64,000 bases of DNA from Lama glama (lineage: Eukaryota), in contig CM052818.1 of the NCBI GenBank assembly GCA_028534125.1, positions 6,016,001 to 6,080,000 of the forward strand, read 5' to 3'. This document shows positions 25,101 through 37,900 of this stretch, one piece after another. The stretch's first letter is position 1. Each line of letters starts with the position of its first letter. The notes beneath the pieces are model-generated. The model was not told where the DNA came from. It searched no databases and was given only the letters and a program-made list of their open reading frames with translations. The position numbers and the translations under genes are program-made.

Positions 25101-27338
25101 CCCAGGCCAGATGCTCGCTAGTAACAAGTTAAAATGGCCCTGGCAAGTAAACGGTTTCTTTGATTTAAAGGCAAAAAAAAGAGCATAAAGAATAAATAGG
25201 ATGGCAGGTAAAACAGTGGAAAACCTTACCTGCCTGAGATGTCAGAATCAAGCCGTCCAGACTCTGCTCCTTAAAGAGAACCACGGAGCCGCACCCTGGA
25301 GGGATGGCAGGAGAGGCAGATCATCCCTGGTTTGAGACGGTGCCTGCTTTCTTGTCATCCAACTAGGAAAGGACGTCCACGGGGGCTCATGCCCTCCTTC
25401 AGAGCTGTGTCTTCCCAACTGCTATCTAGAGAGCAAAACACACAAGGTGGTTGATAAATCCCAGCAGAGTGAACAAACATCTGAATTCTGGGCAATGCCC
25501 TGCTTTATTAAATGTTAATAACACTTGAACTCAGTTTTAATCAACACCAAGCTAGTCTCTGGACAAAAAACTGAAGTCCCCTTGCTCTGCTCTGATGTGG
25601 GTACCAAGTTGAGTGAGATCCTCTCCATCCCTCCGCCATCACTCAGCTGCTTCTCTAGTTTCTGTGGCTGAGCAGACACCTGAGCACTGCGGGCACTGGC
25701 CACCCTCCGGCCATTCACACTACGGGCAGCCCTTCCCCTCCCCGAGGGGCCTCTGAAGCTGCTCCTCTGAGGATGGTGGAAGGCTGGGTGCTATGCAGGG
25801 AGTGACAGACACCTTGTCGGTTCTCAGAGAGTTTATTTTTTTTGGATCCCTGAGGCACTCAGAGTCAGTGCCTACCCTCAGAGGGAGCTGTATTGGGCCT
25901 GGAACTTTCTACAGGATTATAAAGAGGAAAGCAGACCAAGAGGCCTCTGGCAAATCAGTTCACAGACTATCCTACAACACGCCGAAATCTATCACCTGCT
26001 CTTTCAGGATGTTGTGGTGTTTTCAGGGTTTTGAACAACCTCTCTTAATCGCACGTTATATTTTTACAGCATTTCCCAGTTCCTGAGGTGTTAACCGTAA
26101 TTGCCTTATGTTACTGGGACATCAACCCAGCGAGGTAGGTGTTACTCGTATCTTTCCAGAAGAGGAACCTTCTTGAAAATCATTGCTTTTCTCAATAATA
26201 AGAAGTGGCTTTCTTTCCACAGCAGCATGGCTCTCTCAGAGATACCTTTGACCTCATTAACTGCGCTCTCTTCCCCTGCCCTCCAGAGATGCCCTCCCTT
26301 GTCCATCCTATCTTTGGCCAAGAGTCTCTCTTGTTAGGTGGACTCTGTTTTTGCTTTCTCATGTTACGCCTTGACCTAATCAGAGAAAGCCCTCTGAATC
26401 TCTAGAAATAAATGAATATCTGACAAGAAAGAAAAAAACAGAAAGGGAGGAGAAATATTTCAGAAGTTGAGGATTCTGGAGAACAACCCATGTACAGATG
26501 GTATTTAATGCTCTCCAAACACCAAGTGCTGATTTCCAAGCCTGGCTTCTTCTTGTTATTTCCCGGTCACTTTGAACTGACTTATCAAATTGAGTAGATT
26601 CTTTGATACATATGTTGGTATTTTAAGCCCTGGTGGGAACAAGGCCTCCCATTTGTTTCAAGTTTTACTCTTCAGAAATGTTTTTAAAAACCCTGCTTAG
26701 AAAAGGAATCTCAGTCAAAACCCACTAGGACTTTTGGTCTTCACCCATTTCAATGAACGATGCCAACCACTGGGCTTCTTATTAAGAACGACTCCAGCTG
26801 GCTCCATGCTCTGCAGGGAAGTTAGTTTCAGTTCATGGAGGGGCCGCCAGCAGACGGCTGGTAATATACATTTGAGAAAGTAGGTGTTGCGCCTTGGGGT
26901 GCAAGGGCACCCCAGTAAGTAACACCCCTTTTCCTCACCCAAGTTCTTGGATTAAATGAAATAAGAAAAATGAGTTAACCTAATGAGGCTGAACCACCAT
27001 CTGCATTTCAGGTAAGACCAGGGGAAGGACAGTGACTGGGATGAGAAGCAAGCAAACCTGATAACTTTCAGCACGCCCCCTTTTCTCTCCTATCTAGACC
27101 TTGAAACAGCTGGCCCAAGGCGAGTTCTACTCTGCAGGCCAAACCCTTTTACCCACATCACTGTTTTGGACTGGTCCTGATGGACAGAGAAGGAGGAAAA
27201 TGGACAAACCGAGCTCTGTCCAACCAAGAAACAAGAATCAATACCTGTTACCCACCAGTCCTGAAATCCCTTCTCCTCTATGTGGGAAAACCACTTGACC
27301 TTTCTGGGCCTCAGTATATCCTCAGCTCTAAAAGGAGT

Positions 27339-27366
27339 GGGTTGGGCTGGGGGTGGGGGTGGGGGG
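27339..27366 (+). other. G-quadruplex-forming motif
   Basis: GGGttGGGctGGGGGtGGGGGtGGGGGG: five G-tracts with 1-2 nt loops. Confidence 0.7.
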
Positions 27367-27709
27367 TGGCAGGAATCCAGCCTAGCTCTGAAATCCATGC
27401 TAAGCCCCAGCAGTGACTCTGATGACGCTCAGGACAGGCCATGCTTTCTCCCATCAGACATCAGCTCCCTTTGCTAAGGTTCATGGTCAAAGATCGCACC
27501 CCTGAGACTCATCAATTATCTCTCAGATAATGGCAATTGTGCGGGTGACTCAGTGCACATCTGTCCCCACCAACAGAAAAATCACTCAAAGTGTACAGGT
27601 TAGTGGGAGCATCTCAGACCACGGACAGCACTTTATCATCAACATTGGCCCCTGGGAACATACAGGCCTGTTTCCTAATGATCCCAGTACAATACTCAGG
27701 AACAATACT

Positions 27710-27870
27710 GTGAAGACTATGATGCAGCACAGAGGCAGAAAAAGATGAAATAACCCAGGGACAGGGGGTCCTGTCTCCTAACTTTGACTTAGCACTAACA
27801 AGCCGCGTGACATTCACATTTCTGGACCTCTTTGGTCATGTACAAGTGATAGAATCAGGAGCTTTCGAAC
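27710..27870 (+). mobile_element. MIR/MIR3 (degraded)
   Basis: cctaactttgacttagcactaacaagccgcgtgac...ttctggacctc. Confidence 0.5.
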
Positions 27871-28729
27871 TTATTTTCCTCTCTTTTAAAATACAAAATC
27901 TTACATAGAATCTGAATACAGAGCATGATTAAAAACAAATCTGCTCTGATGGAAGTGTGGGGAGACTCTCAGAGCCTTCCCACTTGATTTCTCCTCCCCT
28001 CCCCTCTGAATATTATCTCCACCCCCAAACTTGGTAGGCCCTGAGGTCTCATGGGTCATTCGCCTAAGAATTTTCTCTGTGCCAGGCTGCATTTGGGCCA
28101 ACACTGTGTTGTGATGACACATCCATTTGACAGCCCACCCAGTTTTCCTGAAGCTACATCCCTGATCCTTCTCAGCAACCAATAAAGCGAAACTGGATGG
28201 TATGTCTACCAGTGATATGGGCCAGGTATCATCAGAGTTAGAACATAAAAACCACAGACAAAATATACTTGAGTTTCTATTGCAAGACTGAATTTTAGCT
28301 CAACAAGGAGAGAGAAATAGGGTAGAGTGTAAAGGCAGTGTACTATTATAAAATAATTTCCTTTAGAAGATATTCGTCTCGCTTCTCCTGTGTTGCTCAA
28401 CCCAGACTCACGGCATGAGATTTTGACCATAAAATAGTGTGACCAGGGTCAGGTTCTGCTCCTGCGAGAAAGTGCCTCTCTCTCACAGGAAACATGAAGC
28501 AGTTTTGGCCTTCAGAAGAGCTGGTCCCATCCTTCGGTCACCCAGCCCCCTCGTATATCTCCTCTGCATGTGTTAATTCTTTTGAAGGTGATGGGGGTTC
28601 TTTGCGTGGAAGATATATGCAGCTCAATGGCGGGAAGTGAGATCCTAATTATCTGCAGCTGACAACCTTTCAGGGCCCATTATAAAAGAACTGTCTGCAC
28701 CAGGCGCTCGGAGCCCTCTGTCCCAGCTC

Positions 28730-29050
28730 CAGGGAGTCTGAGGGAGCAACAAGGAGTGATTCCGAGAGCCTGATTTATCAGGGAAGATTAGAAGAGTTAC
28801 ATCTATGGTCTGGTGAAACAATGACAGAGGGGGAGCAGGCTAATGGTTGACAAAGGGGCAGGAGGAAGAGAAGAGATTTATGGAGCCTGGTACGAGGGTT
28901 AGCAACTGGAGAGATGGAGTGAGATGAAGATGGGAAAGAAAGTCCTGAGTAAATATCGGGGAAACTCTCCTCGCTGATTTACTAGACAGATGAGCAAATC
29001 TCCCAAATGAAGCTTCATCACCACCCCGAGTAAGAGTGAGTGAGCCTCCA
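28730..29050 (+). mobile_element. Ancient CR1/L3-clade LINE 3' fragment (Plat_L3-like)
   Basis: gagcaacaaggagtgatt, gatttatcagggaagattagaagagtta, atgacagaggggga, ctgagtaaatatcggggaaact and tctcccaa are colinear with the recalled CR1 RT C-terminal region. Confidence 0.65.
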
Positions 29051-29507
29051 TAAATGCGGCACGGCCATTTGTCTCTGTCACTGGGGGACCCGTGATGATA
29101 TCTAGCATGGCGTTCCATCTTTCTTTTGAAGAGTGTCCTTAAAAGTCAGAATCCACCTTTTTCTCTACGGGAGGCTCTTAAGGGGCATGTGGTCCATGTT
29201 CACAATTCTAGGCACAGCCACTTGCTAACATCACCAAGACTTAGATTATCTACTTTATAATTTTTAGAGGAGCAGAGTGTCCTTGTCCATGGTTCCCAGC
29301 CCAGAATCTCCCTGGGGAGAGATGGACATTTATGCTTGGGATAGAAGCCAGGAAGACACTTTGAAATTCAATTGAGGTCCTCCCAGCAGGGGCATATGGA
29401 AACGTTCTGGTGAGTCTGACTACCTGCAGATTACTTGTCTGACCAGGATAGGGACCCTCTTATGTGCACTTCAGGTCCTCGCAGACTCTCCTTGTTCTAG
29501 ACGCCAT

Positions 29508-29980
29508 TGTAGCAACCAGCTCTGCCTGAGCTCCACCTGACATCACACATGCTCCACCTGACCTGCCCCACCTCCTGCCCTGAGGATTTCCTCTTGCACA
29601 GAGGTGCAGGGTGCCTCAAGAGCCCACCATGCACCCACCCAAATGCAACTGGGAGTGATGAGTTGAGGTACAGCGGGGAAAGCATCTGACCCATGAGAGA
29701 TGGGAGCTGGCAGGTACAGTCCTTCTCCTTCCAGGTGGACTGTACAGCTATGCAGTTTAGATGGTCTCCTGGGGGACAGTCCTGCAAGATCAAGCAATCA
29801 GCAGGATGCAGTAGCAGCCAAGAACAGCCAAAACACCCCCATCCTCACACTGGCTCTCCCTACCTCACCCTCCTTCCCTTCCCCCTCACTCCTGCTCCCT
29901 GGGGTTGTGCCCCGTCACAGGATGATAGCATAAAAACCTTGCTTCAAGTTCTGCTTTCTGGGGGAACCCAGGCTAAGTTA
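29508..29980 (+). mobile_element. LTR16-family ERVL solo LTR
   Basis: Starts TGTAGC; tgacccatgagagatgggagctgg, ccccctcactcctgctccctggg; terminal ctgctttctgggggaacccaggctaag. Confidence 0.8.
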
Positions 29981-30939
29981 TGACCAAATCATCAGGGCAC
30001 AGGAGTCACTAAACTGTCTGAAAAGTGGCACAGACGTCTTTAATCACTTGGCCTGGGGGCCTGGTCCATGTATTCGAAGCACCGCACCAAACTGTCCCCT
30101 TCCAACCTCAGCCCCCTGACAGTGCCTCCATTAGAGTCCAGACACAGCAAGGATCTTTGTATGGGCCCCGTCTGATATTTCAGTGTCTCCAGTGGCTTAC
30201 TCTACTGGAGAGAGCTGGCAAGCTGGAGGACTTGAGCTCAGCCAAGTTGGTGTTTCCTACTCTGTCCCCGTAGGAGCCAAGACATAATATACAAGGAAAG
30301 CTGGGCACCTGGGGAGTTGATGATCAGCTCCTTGGAGGTAACCTGAGAGGTCACTGACTAGCCTTTGGCCTTTCCATCCAGCTGTGAGGCCTCCCTGCCG
30401 CAATTACTTTTGATTCTATTCTTTGTGTTACAGGCAGTACAATTCCAGTCAAGCACTGACTGGTAAACTGAGACTCCTCAAACAATCACGCCGTATCACC
30501 AAAAACGGTCTTGGTGCTCCAGAGAGAAACTCTGCAACACGATGTTATCTGTAAGTGCTGTGAGCTTTTGCTGTGTTTTGTTTTGTTTTGTTTTTAGTGT
30601 GTGTTTTAAGTTCAACTGTTTTTATGTCTCCACCAAAAAAAAAAAAAATTCCTTAGTAACCCATTATGGGTTAGTGAATTCCCAAACCGTTCAAAAATAC
30701 TTTAAAGTTCTTTTGGGACATAGCCAGATACTTAATATTGTATTACATTTTATAGTTGTCACTTAATCAAGCTATTTAATATTATAGTACATTTTAAAAC
30801 TGTCACTTAATCACATTTTCTTGACCCTTTTATGGGAATTAAAGATCACTGTAGATAAAAAATGGCATGCTTTAGTTTAAATAGATTCAGTATGTCCAGT
30901 TTGACAGTTACTTCTGAGACATTAAAAGAATTTTCTGTG

Positions 30940-31870
30940 ATTAATGTGACCCACACACGTTAAATGGTGTAATGTTCCATTTCTCCAGCCATTAGCGGAA
31001 ACAGCATCAGACAGAAGGAGCCAAACGCAGCCAACTGCATGGAAAGCCGGCGATGGGGGTGGAGGGGGGCAGGTTTAAAGATAATATAGAGCCAGGCAGG
31101 CTGAGATAAGGGAGCGATTTCTACTGATTTAATATTTGCTTTCTCTGGGCATCTTGAGAGCAAAGTCTGAGAAACACAAAGGTCAGGCCCTGGTAATGGA
31201 GTGAATGCCAGTCCCGCGATGCAAGCGCTCTGAGGGGAGGGCTCTCCGCCCGCGGGGTGCATCTCAGGCAGACGGCGGAGTGGAGTTACTCGGCGCTTAT
31301 TATAAATGATTGATGAACACTGCTTCTAAATTTAGAAAAGCTCTCTAAATGGACATTTACTCACAAGGGAAAAAAAAAAAAGAAACTCCTCTGAAAGGTC
31401 CATCCCTGGAACGGTTTTGTTTATGGTGCTGCGATAGTTCCGGGCAATTAATCCAGAATTGCGTCACTGAAAGATTTTATATTCTTAAGTGTTCACTCAT
31501 GTAGTTAAAGTAAATTATGTCCTTTACCAAACATGTTTCAAAGAACTGTACTGGGCTTTAAAAATCCTGGTCCCTAAATCCTACTTGTTTGTTTAATTAA
31601 TCTGAAAATAACTGCTCCTTCTTTGTTTCTTAATCACAGATCACATACACTGTATTTGTTAGCAGCTGCGAATGAAAGCATGTCCCAGTGTGTTTTTCTT
31701 GATTGTTTAATAAGACTTGAATAATATCCCATTTAATCCATCAAGCAGGACATTACAATAACATCGATCTTTTGTTTGACAGCAAATTTGTTTGATAACA
31801 GAATAGAATATAATGTAACCAAATCAGTATCAGAAATGCATTTCAGAGAATCCAATTAAAAACACTCATG
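30940..31870. promoter_or_regulatory. Candidate developmental enhancer / CNE block
   Basis: Repeat-free; local CpG cluster (31214-31296), TGATTGATG (31307), two AGATAA (31079, 31104), TGTTTATGG (31418), TAATCC (31449), TTGCGTCA (31459). Confidence 0.45.
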
Positions 31871-32637
31871 CACACTCCAGACAATGAGCAGTATGGCAAA
31901 AGAACCAGGCACAGCAAGACACTTCACGCAGGAGGGTGCAAAGGGAGAAATCTAGCCTTGCAAAATGCCCAGAGCTCACCCAGAAGACCAAGCCAAGCAC
32001 TCCATGCCCCAGGAAGGTGGCCATTTTGGTTAAACAGGGTCAGCCTACTCCAAGGTCAGAATGGACAGACCTCCACTGTCCCACACTGACCTCCACTGTG
32101 TTCCTCCTCTGTCGGCTCAAATGCTGTAATTCTTCAAGCCAAAGGTCCCAGATCCTGTCATCACTTGCTAGCATCCTTTCTTTCCCTGCTGCCACCCAGC
32201 AAGGACTCTTGGAGAATGCTATTGTTCACATCCCAGCGTCCTTGCCCTGGTTCCAAACCTGCATAGAAGAGACGCTTTCTTTTGAGCATCCTCAGTCTCC
32301 AGGGAGGAATGGGAATTGCTTCTAAGGATTGTGCAAGACCCGATCTTTATGGACTTCATTCAGGAGGACAAGTGTCAGCCCTGGTGTTTATTTGCATACG
32401 TGTTTATTAGATGTTTTACAGTTGGACCCTTCCCTTTCCTTCCCTTCAAAACCCAGTACGGAGCTGTAACAAAGCCTCTCTCTAGATACCAAAACCAGAT
32501 AATGCTGCAAAGAGGAGAAAAGAATGTGTAGCAACAAAAATTCTCAAAGTGCTCAGTTTTAAGAATCACGTATCTTGTCCCAAAAGTTGAGTCGGTTGTG
32601 TTTCATACAAAACTACTCATAACACCACCACCACACT

Positions 32638-32660
32638 CACACACACACACACACACACAC
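32638..32660. repeat. (CA)n microsatellite
   Basis: Directly visible. Confidence 0.9.
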
Positions 32661-33599
32661 CCCACGTACTATGGAAAAAGAATTACTGAGGTCAACCTGT
32701 TATGTACAAAATAGCTGGCTGCTTGAATAAATTAAACCTTTTCTTTCTCCAAGATGATTTATGTGCAGAGGCTGACCAGATTCAATGTGTCTGTCCCTCT
32801 AATAGAGAATCTTCAAGTGCAGAGACCCGGTAAGCGGTGAGGGGTATGCAGACTTCCATGTCACTGGGGAGAGGGAGGAAGGCAGTTGTATTTGAAAAAT
32901 CTCTAAGAAAACAAATAGCCCTTGGAAACACCTGCACTCTCTTTAGGAGTTTTTATCAATTTTCCGTGGATAATACAAACCTCACCTTCTAATGGAAACA
33001 GAATGAGTGTTCACAAAGGTAGGTTCAGACCTTTAGTGGTGAATAGAAGCTGAGAAAGCAAAGAAATAAACAGCATCAAATTTCCCAAATCAACCCTAAT
33101 GCTGTGCTGACCACCCTCTGCCCACCAGGACCTCAGGAGAAATTTAATTGTTGTTCCACTTTGAAAATATTTACATGTAAAACCCGAATTTGCCTGCCAC
33201 TCACACTTTGTCTTCCTCTTGTCACAGAGGGGGAAATATCCAGGATGAGCTCATGGATCTTAAAAGTTGAGGAGTCTTTGTTTTAATTCCTCCCTAGTTT
33301 TTACTCACCAGTCTTACATTATTACAGTTCCTTTCCTCTCTCCATCCTTGCCTCCTTCCTTATTCTTTTGTTCTCTGACTAATCTTCCCCTTTTGTATTA
33401 ATGAAGTCCTCCGTAGTTTCTCTTCAAATCTTAGAGTTGATTCCTTTGTGACTTCTGTTTTTTTTTTTTAAACCTGATAGGGCCTCTTTAAAAAAAAAAA
33501 AAACCCATGAAAATTATTAAACTGCCATCCTTTCTGGCACTGTACCACGGGCCTTAAAACATCCTATTACATTTCTGATCTGAAATGACTTTCTCTTGA

Positions 33600-34350
33600 C
33601 CCAGAAGTATTGGCAAATTACAGACTCCAAGCCAATCTTTTATGGAGAAGGTCTGAGTGCAAGTGGTAGACTTTCAGGTGCTTAACCAGAGAGTCGTAAT
33701 CTTTATGACAAATAGCCTCTTGCTTTTCAGTTACGGCTAGTTTACTATGCATATGGCAGAGAGAGGACCCCTTAAAGTGGTCAGGGACTTTTTCTCCAGC
33801 CCCCCTCCCAGGTGTCACATCACTCCTTTTTACTGGCCTTGTTAGAGGGACAGCATTAGCCCCACCGATCACCCCAGCTTCCGGCCCAGCTGCCAGGCTG
33901 TAAAGCACATGGAACTGGGGTGGTCGATCCAAAGACATCAACTTGTCACTCTTGATGATCGTTCATCTGCAACAGAAATAGCCCGTGGTGCCTCGGAGAT
34001 CGATGTGGAGACCACCGCTCTTCAACATTATTGCCACTAATTATTAAGATGAATGCGGTGATTAATGGGAGCGCTGCTTTTTTCACTTTATGTAAATGGC
34101 GAGCTCATGCATATACATGGCGGAGGGGGCTCACCAACCTGGTGCCCGGAACGTTGCTGCTCAGCCCCCTTATTCAGCTGTCACTGTGACCCAGGTGCAA
34201 CGACTTAGAGCGATTTAAAAGGAAATGCTAAAAATGAATTGTTGATCAGCAGCCTCAGGCAGCTTTTTGGAAATTCCCTTCCATGAGGGCTGTGCTTTGA
34301 TTAGGGAAAGCTCAATCAAGGCAATAACTAGGGTTATTAAGGATGCTGCA
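33600..34350. promoter_or_regulatory. Candidate HOX/PBX/MEIS-type enhancer / CNE block
   Basis: TTTTATGG (33638), GTCGTAA (33693), TTTATGAC (33702), TAATTA (34038), TGATTAATGG (34059), CTGTCA (34178); repeat-free with CpG retention. Confidence 0.45.
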
Positions 34351-34659
34351 CTAGCCTGTGGGCCTTGAAGCGCCCGTTGTCTAGCGGAAAGAGCTGGTGA
34401 GGATGGAGGAAATGCAGCTTCCACGGTGATGATGTGGTAAACTGAGGCAAGGCAGCCTCTCTGGGTCTGTTTTCTCCTCGGTAAAAATCTGGGGGTCCAA
34501 TTAAATGACATAAAGCCCTTTTAACCTTAAAAATTATATGATCCTATAAGGTAGAGGCTGAGCGGGAGATGACCCAAAATGAACCAAAATGAACAGTCTG
34601 TCACAACAGTCCTTAGTGGAGCACGCCTTCCCTTACTTGTCTTATTCCATAAGCATATA

Positions 34660-34960
34660 TTTCATTCAGCAAACATTTCACTGAGCATCTATTCTGTGCA
34701 TCATATAAAACTTTCCTTCCTCAGTAAGAACCCTCTAAGCATCACGCTAATCACAGCGTATCCCACCTGGTTGCTGTGTCAGAAGTAACCTCTCTAATGA
34801 CCGGAGCTAAGCCTTATTCTGCTTTACAAACCCAGTGCCTGACACACAGTTGGCACTCAATAAATATTTGTTAAATGAATGAATGTTAGGCACTGGAGGA
34901 AATGATCACAAAAGAAGTTAAGAAATGTTCCCCGCCCTCCAGGACTTTAGGATGGATGTG
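34660..34960. mobile_element. Two L2 3' ends in opposite orientation (plus copy inside a minus copy)
   Basis: Minus: cattcagcaaacatttcactgagcatctattctgtgc, resuming at ttaggcactggagg. Plus: cccagtgcctgacacacagttggcactcaataaatatttgttaaatgaatgaatg. Confidence 0.75.
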
Positions 34961-37900
34961 AAGCCAAAAATACACTCAGGCAAGTAGCCAACAAAATGCT
35001 ACAATGAATGAGGCCGTTGTGTGTCACCAGTGGTGGCTCTTGAACAACAGGTGCCACATTGAAGAGGCGTTTCGGAAGAGTCAGACTCTACTAAGTTTGT
35101 CTTCATAAGACAAACTCTAGAGCTGGCAGGGAACATGAGCACCTGAACCCCTTGCCTCCCGTCTCATGCCAGACAGATGGTGTTCTGCCCTCTTAAAGAC
35201 CTCTAGGTAGAGATTCCACATGCTTTGTTGGCTGCCCGGACCGGCCCTCTACTTAACAATTCCTTCCTACCATCCACTCAGAGCCTCTCCTCCAATGTGG
35301 GCTGCATCTCGAAGGATGGTGGCCACGTGCTTTTCTGAGGCCTGACGCTGTTCCATTGCTGGGGGCCCAGCTGGGACAGCTGACCTCACTGGGAATGCTA
35401 GAGACTGTGCCCCTCGGGGAGGCTGATGGGCTGGTCTGTGTCCTTCTGGAAACACTCCCTGGAGAGGTGAATCACAACCACAAGTGGCGGGTGAGCAATT
35501 TCATTTCCTTCTCAGACATCCTAGAGCTGCAATTTCAGGTGGGTCCTCAGCTATAACCCTGAGTCCTGGTGATCTCATCCTGGTCCCGTTTCCATCTTTT
35601 TCCCTCTAAATGAATGCCAGATCTCAAGGTTGGGGCAGCCTCATAGGATGGCTGGAGCAAGTGTGGTGTAGGCAGGCCAGAAGCCAAGTCCTGGCTCTGT
35701 CCCTTGCCAGCTGTGGGAGAAACCTTCAGTAAGTATTCTTATCTGCCAGGTGGAGGAAGTAACAGCATAGAGAACTTACACAGTCATTTTGGGGAATAAA
35801 AGGGATAAAGTAGGTAAAGATCTTGGTGTACAGCAAGCCCTGGACAGATGAAACATGTAAACATCCTCTTTCCTTCTGTCTGCCCTGGCTGGCCTAAGGA
35901 ACAGGGCTGAATGCTTAAATCATCATCAGATATCTTCTGGTTCAGCTCCTGCTTTCCAGCCGGCAAGACCCTCTGCTCGGGGAGATCACAGTGCTACAGA
36001 GACTCCATTCCTGCTCAGGTGTCAGTCTTCTCATGGTACCAGTATTTTGTCCTGGCTTTCAGATTTCTGGATGGACAGCCTAACTTGGGAGAACATCAAC
36101 ATAAACCCCACGGGAATATGCCGCACAAAAGTCTGCATTTCCAATGATGCTAACCCAGCCGCGGCTCCACCCCAGGCCTGATCCTGCTCCCCTCCCACAG
36201 CCTGGGTCCCGGGCATGCCTGCTAACTCGCAGAGATGGCTAGGACTCATTAGAATGTTGAAACCACTATTGGTTAAATGTATAAAGGCTGTAAAATTGGA
36301 AAACCCTGAAGGAGGAAAGGGAAATTATTCACTGTCAGAATTGGTGTGATGGACAAAGTGAGAAGCAGGCCTGGATTTCACAGTCAGCTTCAGTCCCTGT
36401 GGACATCTGGCCTCTCAACAGACGTGAGGCTCAGCTATTCCTCCACATACTGTACAATAGGAGGCTGATCCCGGGCTTCCATTGTCCACACACATTAACA
36501 TGCATTTTCCATTATTTAAAGGTAGCTTTTAAGGAAGTATTTGTGGATATGATGGATGCCTCTCTGAGGACCTCTTTCTGTATTCTTCCTGTAGGCAAAC
36601 CTCCTGCTGGTCACATCTGCATTTGTCATGAGGATTCCTGCTTTCACCAGCCTCTCCAGCTCATTTCAATTCCTGATACAGTCAATGCTTCTCAAAAGAC
36701 CTTGTCTCCCAGGCCTCTGCCAGACAATTTAGCTAAGTCCTCCATCCCGTGCTTGGCTTCGCTCCTGGTAGCCTGACTTAGCCATGCCGCTGAACCTGGC
36801 CACTTCAAGTGATGTTTGACAAATGCTTCCTTTCAAAGTGTCTCTGGGGCAAGGCAGGGAAAAATAATCAGGTCCTTTTTATCTTCTTCCTGAAAATCTG
36901 GAGTATGAAGCCTTAACTTTAAATCTGTCCCTTCTACAAAGGGGCTACCAGAATCATGGAAAGTTGCCATCTCTGGAGGAGATCATAAAAGACTTCTGGC
37001 CTATCACCTCAGTCCAGACCCAAGCACTGCAAGGCTCAGAGGGGGAGGTTTTCCAGGACCCAGGCTGGTTGGTGGTGGAGCCTGGAGGATCACCGAGTCA
37101 GTCCACCTTCCCTGTTCCTGTTCCTCCACAGCCAGGGCCTCTCAAGGTGGAGAGAGGGCTGGTCCATGCCCACTTCTTCCTTCTCTCCTTCCTTCCTCCC
37201 TCCCCCTTTCTTTTTTCTCTTTTATTGGAAGAGGAGAGGTTTGGAATATATTAATAAAGGAAAAAAATTACCAAAAATTTCATGTGTTTTTATACGTTTC
37301 TATTTAAGTTAAACTGTGCTCTTTGCAAGATAATTAGGAATTAAAAAAAAATTAAGGCATAGCAAACCCCAGGCAGGACGGTCCAGTCATGCCTTCTTTC
37401 AGCCCTTGAAACGTCTCTCTGAGGACCGGATTTGGAGATAGCTTCTGAGTTGGAGCCCACAGGCATGCAAGGCCTCCGAAGCAAACTCCCTCACTTGTTG
37501 CCCTGCCTTCCTCTCGGCCCTCCTGGGGTGGCGTTAACTGGACCACAGAGTTTTCCATTTTGAACAGAGGGGGATGTTGGAGGCATAAAAGAAGGTGAAG
37601 ACAAAAGGAGTAGAAAACAAGGAAGTGAAATGGAAAGAAAAAAAGGAAAAAGGAAAACCCACTTTCCTTGCCGCTATTCTGGTTCATTTTTTAAATTATT
37701 CCCAGATCAAACACTAATGGAGGAACAGAGGAAAAAGGGAACCAGGATGGGAGAGGAGCTCTGCAGAGACATGTACCCCTTAAACATGTGCAAACTAGAA
37801 TTCCAGCCAAGCACGTGAGGTGGCGCACATGGTACCCCCGGCCTCACAGGGAGCCTGGAGCTGGGAGTGGTGAGTCGAGGCTGTGCGGTCACCGAGCTCC

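Noticed and set aside
31200..31300. CpG-island promoter of a protein-coding gene
   Set aside because: Too short for a CpG island and no first exon or ORF is evident; retained only as an enhancer candidate.
32068..32099. Direct repeat GACCTCCACTGT x2 (20-bp period); similar short duplications near 13411-13428 and 29530-29562
   Set aside because: Only two copies each; ordinary slippage duplications, not an array.
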